Source: Eledone cirrhosa (lineage: Eukaryota). From it: a stretch of DNA of 64,000 bases. The notes beneath the pieces were generated by a model. It was given only the letters and a program-made list of their open reading frames with translations. It was not told the DNA's origin and ran no database searches. This document shows positions 13,373 through 24,390 of the stretch, piece after piece. The stretch spans positions 339,698,001 through 339,762,000 of the forward strand of contig OZ024741.1 in assembly GCA_964016885.1 (NCBI GenBank). Reading direction: 5' to 3'. The translations under genes were made by a program, and so were the position numbers. Position 1 is the first letter of the stretch. Every line of letters starts with the position of its first letter.

Positions 13373-13771
13373 ATTAAAGGTGGAAAACTGGGAGAGGGCA
13401 CTTGCCCTGATGGTCAGGGTCACTGTGGCTTTTTAATTGGCTTTCTCCACGAATGTCCCTCGGAAGTCTCCCCACTATTGGTGAATTTTTTTCATTGTTC
13501 TATTATTACATCCTCTGTTTCTTGTATTTTACACGCAGAAATACCCATTTGTACCGCCCTGTATTGTCCTGTACTCTCCTTAATGTCTACTTTATGTAGA
13601 CCCTTGTGGTTAATAAAGAAAGCATTATTATTATTATTTTTATTATTATTATTATTATTTCCTAATTTTTTGCATCCAAGAAAAAATATTTCGTGGGGAT
13701 TTTTGATGTTGCCATTTAAGCTTAACACAGAAAAGAACATACACAATATATATCTGTTTGTACACACGCGC

Positions 13772-13842
<71 letters not shown>

Positions 13843-14041
13843 GGAATACAAGCGAAAAGTAGCACTTGCAAGTTGCAGTTGAAAATCCCCGACAAGTCCA
13901 AATCTTACACATAAAGACCGACTTCTTTCTCGTTATATCATGTAGACACAGAATTTACAAAATAAACCTTAACATCTGTACATGGCCTCCGTGGCCTCGG
14001 AGGGTAAGATCATTTATTAAATTTATCACACAAACACATCT

Positions 14042-14957
14042 TCGATCTGTTTGTATTTATCGTAGTTGTGGTATAAGTATGGCCATATTTATTTGGTCTC
14101 TGTTTCTTGGTGTTACACTTTCTAAACTTTGTATTCATTCTGGACGAAAATGTATTTAATTTTTGTATCCTCGAGTGCTTTGTGACTGCCTCAAACAATT
14201 CGATTGGTATCTGCTATATTGTGGCTACAACTTCCATTTATACACGAATTGGCAGTATCGGTAGAGGGTTGGACGTCATGCTTTCTAGCATAGTTACGTC
14301 CCATTACGGTCTGAGTTCAAATCTCGTCGAGGTTAACTTTGCCTTTCATCCTTACGGGGTCGATAAAATAAAGTACCAGTAATGTACTGGGTAATTTCTG
14401 GCCTTGTGCCAAAAGTAGAAAAATTATTATTATTCGCCTAGTACTATGTATTCAATTAATATTGTTTATAAATGATAGTTGAGAGCTTTTATTTGAGGCT
14501 GTGAAAATATCTTTGTTCACACTCTGAATTTACCCGTCAACAGTTCGGCCATTTTGATCTTCCTCTTTTGAGGAACGTAACGTTGGATATTACGGAACGA
14601 AACCTGCCGATGGCCGAGACTCCTGTTCTACCTGAAAATGCATTTATGACTTGCATATCCACTATGCAACTTGTGGTGCAGCTTCCCAGAATACCAGAAA
14701 CCTTTGGAAGATTTTAATCGATTTCTATCGATTCTTATCTACTAGGGACGGTCTAGGCCAGTCGTCGATCTGTTTGTATTAATAGTAGTTGTGGTATAAG
14801 TATGACCATATGCATTTGGTCTCTTTTCTTGGTGTTACACTTTCTAAACTTTGTATTCACTTTGGACGAAAATTTATTACATTTTCGTATCATAGAGTTG
14901 TTTTTTGACTGCCTCAAACAATTCGATTAGTATCTGCTATATAGCAGCTACAACTTT
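14042..14957 (+). repeat. ~190-bp diverged direct repeat pair (14042-14233, 14765-14957)
   Basis: Both read TCGATCTGTTTGTATT...GGTGTTACACTTTCTAAACTTTGTATTCA...GCCTCAAACAATTCGATT..TATCTGCTATAT...GCTACAACTT. Confidence 0.9.
14249..14433 (+). mobile_element. SINE family A
   Basis: TTGGCAGTATCGGTAGAG, GAGTTCAAATC, GCCTTTCATCCTTACGGGGTCGATAAA, tail GGCCTTGTGCC..AGAAA(ATT)n. Confidence 0.88.
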
Positions 14958-15355
14958 GATTATGCATATCATTAATACGCACACAAACACAACTCCCCCC
15001 ACACATATATATATATGTATATATAAATGAACGTATTGTATATTTAATAATATACTGTATGTTTATTTTAAAACATTTTGAAGGCCATCCACTATGAATT
15101 TTAAAGTAGTTACTATGTCACATACTTAGTCTCGGCAAAAGTAAAGGGGAATAATTGATGGCCACCGTTTCTCACTTGTAAGTGGTTGTCAAGACTACAT
15201 ACCTTCCCTTCTGCTGAGAGTTATAGAAGCTGGATTCTTATAGAATTCCAGTTATGTTTATGAGCTGTTTGAATTTATTAACATACAGACCGATTGCCAG
15301 CCCAGCAAAAATTAGAAATTAGTATTAGTGCTCTAAATAGCACCAATTTAATAAT

Positions 15356-15539
15356 TGTTTCTACTTTTGGCACAAGGCCAGCAAATACCCAGTGTATTAC
15401 TGGCACTTTATTTTATCGACCCCATGAGGATGAAAGGCAAAGTTAACCTCGGCGGGATTTGAACTCAGAATGGCAAGGGCCGTAACTCTATGCGTCAAAG
15501 CATGGCGTCCGATCCTCTACAGATACTGCCAATCCACCG
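15356..15539 (-). mobile_element. SINE family A with target-site duplication
   Basis: Same motifs on the minus strand. Direct repeat GCACCAATTTAATAAT at 15340-15355 and 15539-15554. Confidence 0.9.
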
Positions 15540-16051
15540 CACCAATTTAATAATATTTAATAATATACTGTATGTTTATTTAAAAACATTTTCAAGGCCT
15601 TCCTACGCTATGAATTTTGCCGAGACTATGTATGTGACGTTAGTCGCTACTTTAAAATTCATAGCGGATGTTCTTGAGCAAGACATTTATCTTCATGCTA
15701 CTCCAGTTTACACAGCTGTAGAAATAAGTTACGACGTCATTGGTACCAAGCTGTATCGGTCTTGGCGAGGGAGAGGCGTGGAAAGGGGAGAGTGGTATAC
15801 ATGGGTGATCGGTGGTCTTCCACACAATCACCTTGCCTGGAAGAGAAACTTTCTACGAGCAAATCTCATGGTCATTCGTGACCGAAGGGGTCTTTAATAT
15901 ATATAAATATATGTAGAGGTATTAGGACATATAAATCTGTATATGTATATTGTCTACGGTACTTACAACGACCAGGAAGACTACAAATCAAGGTAGTATT
16001 CGATGCATGGTGGGATGCATCTCATCAATATGAATATATATATATATATAT

Positions 16052-16264
16052 AACGAAGGAAATGTGGTAAGGAACCAAGTGGACCATAACGCACTAAAGT
16101 ACTCAATACTTAGGGTAGTAGAATGGGTAATAGGAACGAGTAGGACCCCGACGGCTGAGCTCAAGCCGTTTCGACGGCTAATTCTGGACTAAATTTAGTC
16201 CAGAATTTAGTCCAAAATTAGCCGTCGAAACGGCTTGAGCTCAGCCGTCGGGGTCCTACTTGTT

Positions 16265-16269
<5 letters not shown>
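16052..16269. mobile_element. ~215-bp (TA)n-embedded element with a terminal ~140-bp palindrome; second copy inverted at 21776-21982
   Basis: ATAGGAACGAGTAGGACCCCGACGGCTGAGCTCAAGCCGTTTCGACGGCTAATT pairs with AATTAGCCGTCGAAACGGCTTGAGCTCAGCCGTCGGGGTCCTACTTGTTCCTAT. (TA)n lies on both sides. Confidence 0.8.
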
Positions 16270-16320
<51 letters not shown>

Positions 16321-17046
16321 TTGCGAGGTTTTTTATTTCAAATTCGTGTGTCGAAACAAATATTGTTATATTTGGGGAGGGTCATATTGTTGTAAAATAT
16401 TGCCAGAAATAATAACAGAACACACTCGCTGTTTGGTTGGTCTTCGCTTCTGTATCTTTTATATCTCCATAGTTAATTCATTTGGCCATCAATATTTATC
16501 GTTGACTGACCAACGGTCAAAAATACAGATATAAATATATATACATATAATCTAACAAAGTTCTTTCGTTGCACATCTACAACATCATCAGTGGTACTGT
16601 TATCATGTTCCCTCCTATTGTGTTGTGTTTACCCCATTTTTATTTTATTTATTTATTTATTTATTTTTTCTCCGTCTCTGCGCATGCGTTTGCGTGTGTG
16701 TATAATGTTTGGTGTGTGTGTTTGTGTTTGGGTGTATGTGTTTTGGATTTTGTATTCTATCTTTGTTTATTAGTGTGTGTTTATATGTGTTTGTTTTATT
16801 GTACTTGTGTATATATATATTTATTTATTTATTTATTTATTCATATTACACGTAAGTCAGTATTGTTTGTTTCGGTATGGTTGTTGTTGTTATTCCATTC
16901 ATTTTTTCTGTTTAGCTTTGGGTTTCTAAGCTCTATTTCGCTCGCTTCTCTGATTTGCCTACTTGTTGGGTCATTTCTATGTTTAGATATTATTTTAATT
17001 TCTATGTGGTCTATGTTACCATCATGTTTTTGTCTGGCGTGTTCGT

Positions 17047-19589
17047 ATAGATCAGAACCTTGGTGGAAGAAACGACTGAATGGTCAAGTCAAGGAAATGA
17101 GAAAATACATTGGAAAGCTTGCGTCTTTACTGTATGGGACATTACAAAACATAGACACTAAAGATAGATTGAAAATTACAAAACTAGGGGGAAAGAGCTA
17201 AATATTATCATAGAGGAACTGAAGCAACGCATTGTAGCAAAAAGGGCAAAGATTAGGCGGTATGAGAACAGAGTTAGTCAGTATAGGCAGAACCGCATGT
17301 TTGACAACAACCAGAAGATGTTGTTTGGACAGCTTGAAGGGAAAGAAAGAGGCAACGACGTGATGCCTGAGGCGGAACAAACTAAGACATTCTGGAGAGG
17401 AATATGGGAGGAGGATGCTGAACATAATAGTCAGGCAGTGTGGATTGAGACAGTTCAAAAGAAGATTAGTGAACAAGCACGCCAACAACCTGATTTGAGT
17501 ATCACAGTTGAAACTCTTAAAGGGCAGGCCAAAAAACTAACCAACTGGAAATCACCAGGCCCAGATGGTGTGCAAGGGTATTCGATTAAAAATATAACAT
17601 CCCTCCACCCGAAACTGACAACCATGTGCAATAACTGCTTGATGTCGGGTGAGGTACCAGAGTGGTTGACAAAAGGTACCACAGTCCTGGTAATGAAAGA
17701 CCGAATCAAGGGTAATGATGTTACCAACTATAAGCCTATCACATGTCTGTCCGTAATGTGGAAACTGTTCACAAGCATTGTGTCTGAGGAAATCTACCAT
17801 CACCTCCACATAAACAACTTGTTACCGGACGAACAGAAAGGATGCCGAAAGAAGTCCCGTGGTACAAAGGACCAGTTACTTATTGATAAGATGGTAATGA
17901 GGAATTGCAAGAGAAGGCACACTGGTCTTGCCATGGGATGGATAGATTACAAAAAGGCATTCGACATGGTATCTTATTCTTGGATAACCAAAAGCCTAGA
18001 GATTTTCAAGGTGGCAGATAACATCAGACAGCTATTGAGCAAAAGTATGATGTCCTGGGAAACAGAGTTAACACCAGGTGGAGATTCCTTCGGAGGCGCG
18101 AAGATCAAGAGAGGTATCTTCCAGGGAGATAGTGTGTCCCCTCTGTTGTTTGTCCTTGCCCTGATACTCCTGTCCGTTATATTGCGAAAGGTGAGAGCAG
18201 GATACACGTTGGGAAAAGGAGAGCTTACCATCAACCACCTCCTCTTCATGGACGATCTTAAACTCTTTGGGAAAAGTGAGAAGGAGTTGGATCTACTTGT
18301 TGGCACTGTCCGTATTTTCAGCAATTATATATGTATGGAATTTGGTATTAGTAAGTGGGGAGTCCTAGTGATGAAGGGGGGTAAATTGAGCAGAAGCAAC
18401 GGAATCAAGGTACCAACAGGTGAGATGATAAAGGAAATTAACACTGTAGAGGGATACAAACATTTAGGTGTTCTGGAGGCCGCTGACATCAAGAACAAAC
18501 ATATGAAGGAATTGATAAGATCTGAGTACATAAGGAGAGTAAGGAACGTATTAAAATCACATCTAAATAGTAGGAATGTCATAAGTGCAGTGAATTCCCG
18601 AGCTGTGTCTATTATTAGATATAGTGCGGGAATTCTGAAATGGAATGTTGCTGAACAAAAAGAAATGGATTGGAAGACTAGGAAGCTAATGACTATCTAC
18701 AACACGTTCCACAAGAGGAGTGATGTCGATAGACTCTACTTAAAGAGATTTGAAGGTGGAAGAGGTCTTATCAGCATAGAGGACTGTGTTCAGATGGAGA
18801 AAAACAACCTGCACAAATATGTGACTGGCAGTAGGGAGCCAATGCTGAACATTGTACTGAAGGAGAAGACAATAGACCAGGGGATGTCCAAGGAGGAAAT
18901 AACAAGGAGGAACAGCAACCTTCATGAAAAATCCCTTCATAGTACCTTCTTTAAGAAAATTAAATGCAGAGATCCACAAATATGGAACTGGTTAAAAAGA
19001 GGAGACCTTAAAAAGCTACAGAAATGGAAGAGCAAGCCCTCAGAACGAAGTGCGTGAAACAAGGAGGAGGCTAGCTCACTGTGTAGGAACTGTGGAGAAA
19101 GAGAGGAAACTGAGGCTCACATTGTATCCGAGTGTAAACACCTAGCCCAGACTCACTATAAAGGCTGGAGATATGATGTGATAGGCAGGGTGATCTACTG
19201 GCACTATGCAAAGCAAACAATTTACCACATTCTGACAAGTGGTATGAGCATAAGCCAGAGTCGTGATAGAAAACGATCAGGTGAAGGTGCTATGGGATTT
19301 TAGGATACAGACGGACAAGTAATTAGTGACCTGGTGGTTTTGGATAAGGAAAAAAGATCGTGCCTGATTGTAGATGTAGCCTGCCCATTTGACACGAGAG
19401 TGCAAGAAAATGAGAGGGAGAAAATTAATCGATACCAGGATTTAAAGTGGGAGTTAAAAAGGATTTGGAACTGCCATGAAATCAAGGTCGTCCCGATTGT
19501 CATAAGCGCACTAGGTACTATTTCAAAGAGTTTCCAAGGATGGTTAAAGAAGATTAGTCCAGACCCTCTTTTTGGAACACTTCAAAGAA
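17047..19589 (+). mobile_element. second R4/Dong-like RLE LINE (different family), truncated at both ends
   Basis: EPWWKKRL start. ORF 17297-19057 has WKSPGPDG, EQKGCRKKSRGTKDQL, DYKKAFD, GIFQGDSVSPLLF, FMDDLKL, DRLYLKRFEGGRGL. A CRNC..ET..HI..C knuckle lies near 19081. The RLE in ORF 19334 reads DLVVLD...IVDVACPFD...EKINRYQDL...VPIVISALG. It ends at (AAT)5. Confidence 0.92.
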
Positions 19590-20089
19590 CAATAATAATA
19601 ATAATAAAAGGACGTTTGTTATGTCTTCATTACCTTTATCGAGTCGTGACGCACATTTCGCTATTGATCAGCTCAAGGTTAGATCTGTATCAATCTAGCC
19701 CGACTCTGGAATCAAAAGCTCGTCGAACCTCTGCTGTGGTAATGACAGAATGAATCTGTAGAGCTTAGAAATGTCTGTAACGATTCACATTCATTTATGG
19801 TGGTCAGTCAATGGAAGTTTTGATTGGTAGTTTTGTTATAAGGAATGTTTTGGCATGTGTGATAGGTGGGGTGGGGAGTGATGGTTGGTGTGAGTTGCGG
19901 GAATGTGGTGTTTTGGCTGTATCACAGACATTGTGGCGTGTATGTGGTGAGGCAAAGGTGCTGAGTGTGGGTGTGGAGTTGGTTATAGCCTATACGTTAT
20001 GGGAGATGAAAAAGTCCGGTGCTGTACTGGGGGGGGGGGGGCTCTGCTGGTCAACGTTTGCCGATGCATATATAATTATGTGTGTGTAC

Positions 20090-20182
<93 letters not shown>

Positions 20183-20367
20183 TAAATGTATGTGTTTATG
20201 TATATGTATATGCGTGTTTCAGCAAAAAAAAAAAATTGTTTCGTCTTAAATATATTTTCTTTTGCTTCCGTTTCGGTCTGTGTGTGTCTATAGTAGAAAA
20301 CTATTGTTTGCTGGCTCTCTCTCATTCTTTCTTCTAGGCTCTCTTACTCCCTCTTTCTCTCACTCTC

Positions 20368-20443
<76 letters not shown>

Positions 20444-20789
20444 CCACTCTCTCTCACTCATTATCTCTCACACTCTTGGTTCTGTCTTTCTTGGTGCTCA
20501 CAGACAATATATAATACACATGCATATAACTCTTTAAGAATAAACCTCGGAGCTCGTTCGGCATCACCAAACGACATGCCCCCTCCCATCTCTCACACGC
20601 TTCCTGTCTCTCTGTCTGACCCTAACTCTCTATCTCTCTTTTTCTTTCTCTGTCACTTTTTGCCTCCTCTTTCATGTCTTCTCCCCTTCTTCCCCTAACT
20701 ATGTCTCTCTTTCATTCCTACTTTTTTCAGTTTTCGCATTACATCAACCGACCATTTTTTTTCTTTCTAATGTCTTATTCATCCGAATT

Positions 20790-21247
20790 CCTTCTGGGAA
20801 ATAGCAGCAATCTTCAACATCTTATTTTGCGGCATATAGACAATATACTTTGCGGCATATACTTACATCTTTTTACGTTCTGAGTTCAAATTCCGCCGAA
20901 GTTAACGTCACCTTTCATCCTTACGGGATCGATAAGATAAAGTACCAGTTATGTACTGGGGTCGATTTTATCCCCCCGCAAAATTGTTGGCCTTGTGCCT
21001 AACTCAGAAACCATTATTATTATTATTGGATTGGCAGTGTCGGTAGAGAGTCGGACACCATACTTTGCAGCATAGAGTTACGGCCCTTTATGATCTGAGT
21101 TCAAATCCCGCTGAGGTTAACTTTGCCTTTCATCCTTAAGGGGTCGACAAAATAAAGTACCAGTCATGCACTGAGGTCGATTTAATCGACTTGCCCCTCC
21201 CCTAAAATTGCTGGCCTTGTGCCTATATAAGAAACCATTATTATTAT
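20790..21247 (+). mobile_element. head-to-tail dimer of SINE family A (older copy ~20790-21027, second 21028-21247)
   Basis: Two B boxes (GAGTTCAAAT) and two CCTTTCATCCTTA cores. The second copy begins inside the (ATT)n tail of the first. Confidence 0.85.
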
Positions 21248-21384
21248 GTTAGTGGTGCGAAGAAGAAGTCAATTATCTTAGTTGTTTACTTATATAGACG
21301 GACTGCGTATTTGCACTTCTATCAGTGTGCACTCATTTGCAATGCATTTCGCTGCCAGCTAGGACACAACCATTTTCTTCTTCA

Positions 21385-21516
21385 TCTACTACTATTACTA
21401 TTACTACCACCACCACCACCACCATCACTACTACTACTATTACTACCACCACCACCACCACCACCACCCCCATCACTACTACTACTACTACTACTACTAC
21501 TATTACTACCACCACC

Positions 21517-21550
<34 letters not shown>

Positions 21551-21677
21551 TTACTACGACGACGACCACCACCACATATATATTTATATATATTTATATA
21601 TTATATATATTTTTATATATATATATATATTTTTTATATATATATATATATATATAATTATATATATATAGATATAT

Positions 21678-21772
<95 letters not shown>
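21385..21772. repeat. (CTA/CCA)n then (TA)n microsatellites
   Basis: Direct inspection. Confidence 0.95.
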
Positions 21773-21773
<1 letters not shown>

Positions 21774-21775
21774 AT

Positions 21776-21982
21776 ATAGGAAAAAGTATGACACCGACGG
21801 CAGAGCTCAAGCAGTTTCGATAGCTATTTCTGGACTAGTAGTAGTCCAGAAATAGCCGTCGAAACGGCTTGAGCTCTGGTGTCGGGGTCATACATTTTCC
21901 TATTACCCACTCTACTACCCTAAGTATTGAGTACTCTGGTGCGTTATGGTCCATCTGATTCCTTACCACAATTCCTTCGTTA
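21776..21982. mobile_element. inverted-orientation copy of the 16052-16269 palindromic element
   Basis: TAGCCGTCGAAACGGCTTGAGCTC...TTACCCACTCTACTACCCTAAGTATTGAGTACT is the reverse complement of the 16052-16200 sequence. Confidence 0.8.
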
Positions 21983-22069
21983 TAAAAACATATATATATA
22001 TATATACACACATATATATATACATATATAACATATATAGATATATATACATACACATATATATATATT

Positions 22070-22279
<210 letters not shown>

Positions 22280-22501
22280 CACACACATATATACATGGGT
22301 GGGGGCTGGGAAGAAGAGACATTTCAACAGCATCCGCCTTGGATGTCCTAAGTCAGTCAAGGATAAAATACGATTTAAGACTATTTAATTTTATTTAATT
22401 TATTTTTTTGCATTTGTTACAATTTGGTTATGAAATAATTTCATTTAATTACTTTTTTACATAGTCAGCAATAAAGTCATTATTCTTTCTCTCTCTCTCG
22501 T

Positions 22502-22544
<43 letters not shown>

Positions 22545-23447
22545 ATCTTTTCATCTATCTATCAAATATTTATATATCTACAAACACACTACACACACAT
22601 ATATATATATAAACATATGTATATATATATATAAATATATATATATATACACACACACATATCTATATATCTATCTATATATATATATATGATTGGTATC
22701 TGGTATTTTGCGGCTACAACTTCGATATATCAATATCATAGAAATTTATACACATGCGCATACAGTTAATTGCAGTCGGTCTATCAAAGAGTACTGGCAG
22801 TATTGTAGAGTTCCATTTTTTTTTCTTAATTACTTACCTCCGTAAATATTTCTTGCTAACTCTTTTTTCTCTTCACACGCATCACTGCAGGCGCTTCTTA
22901 CATAGTAATTAGCTGATTGCAACAACAACGGCATAAGCAGAGTTGTCTTCGTTTTCGTATGTATCTGCTTCTACTGTACGTATGTATGTATGTATGTATG
23001 TATGTATGTATGTATGTATGTATGTATGTATGTATGTATGTATGTTCTTCTGGTTTTTTAATTTCACAAAGTTTTACCAATAGAGAGAGAGAGTCGGTTT
23101 CTAACATAGACACAAGACTCTCTCATTGGAATTTACACAACATCAACTAGGTAGATATGTCTGTATGTATGCATGGATGTTATTGTATGTGTGGATGTTA
23201 TTGTATGTGTGGATGTGTATGTTTTGAGTTGTATGTGTGCATGTGTATATGCTTTGTATCTGTACATGTGTATATGCAGTTATTAGATGCAAATGTATGT
23301 ATGTATGTATGTATGTACGTATGTATGTACGTATGTATGTACGTATGTATGTATGCATGTATGTATATATGTACGTACGTATGTATGTATGTATGTATGT
23401 ATGTATGTATGTATGTATGTATGTATGTACGTACGTGTGTATGTATG

Positions 23448-23481
<34 letters not shown>

Positions 23482-23597
23482 TGTATGTATGTATGTATGT
23501 ATGTATGTATGTATGTACGTACGTGTGTATGTATGTATATATGTACATACGTATGTATGTATGTATGTATGTATGTATGTACGTACGTATGTATGTA

Positions 23598-24276
23598 TAT
23601 TATCTCTTTCTCTTAATTTCGAGTATATTTTTTGACCGGACACCTTCCTGGTGGCAAGGTTGTAAAAAAAAAAGAAATTGTCACCCCTTGAATCGCAAGA
23701 ATGTTTTACAAATTTTGAAGGTGCCAGCTATCGCAGCCATTTGTAGACTATGAATTAGGGAGCTGCGCTCTTTGTCCGCAAATCCAAGTTCAGTCATACT
23801 TTGGTCCAAGCGGGTTGGTATATAACCCGTAGCACCAATAATGATGGGTATGAAGCTAAAGGTGTATCTTGGATACTGGATTTGTAAACTCCTCATCAAT
23901 GGTCCGTAGATGTCCTCCTTCTCCGGTATTTTTCTGACAACGTTTACATCAAGTGGGCAGCTGATCTCCACAACAGAACACGTTTTCAATGTGTGGGCCC
24001 AAACAATAATATCAGGCCGGTTGTGCTTTAATTTGGTGGCAGTTTTTATTTTCAGGTTCTACCAGTATTCCTTAGTGCCATCTGTCTCAATATATTCTTC
24101 CTCGTTTGTTGTTAATTTTGTTTTCCGAAGTGCGTTTCAGATGGTTCTAGCTATCCCATCGTGTCTCATGGGAGGTAGTAGCGAGATGACATTCTTTCGC
24201 AGCTGGCAACAATGTGGTTTACATCCTCGATCTTTGTTTAAACTAGTCTACATTTATTGTCAGTTGATGGCCCTCC
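23598..24276 (-). mobile_element. 5'-truncated RLE LINE 3' end (R4/Dong-related) embedded in (TACA)n
   Basis: The minus strand encodes KCRL..KIEDVNHIVASC...RHD (knuckle), NRPDIIVW, VVEISCPLD, FIPIIIGATG and AIAGTFKICKTFL. (ATGT)n lies at 23293-23597 and 24277-24388. Confidence 0.85.
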
Positions 24277-24390
24277 TATGTATGTATGTACGTATGTATG
24301 TATGTACGTATGTATGTATGTATGTATGTATGTATGTATGTATGTATGTATGTACGTACGTGTGTATGTATGTATATATGTATGTATGTG

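Larger units (their letters stand above)
8398..13623 (+). mobile_element. Tx1/L1-group non-LTR retrotransposon, near full length, disabled
   Basis: Starts GGCGACC directly after (TTA)n. It has ORF1 pieces with a CCHC knuckle, ORF2 with APE + RT + C-terminal zinc finger, and a 3' UTR ending TAATAAAGAAAGC followed by (ATT)n at 13624-13659. Confidence 0.93.

Noticed and set aside
19610-19720. Hammerhead-like GCT..AGC-GAAATGTGCGTC on the minus strand
   Set aside because: No correctly placed CTGANGA core.
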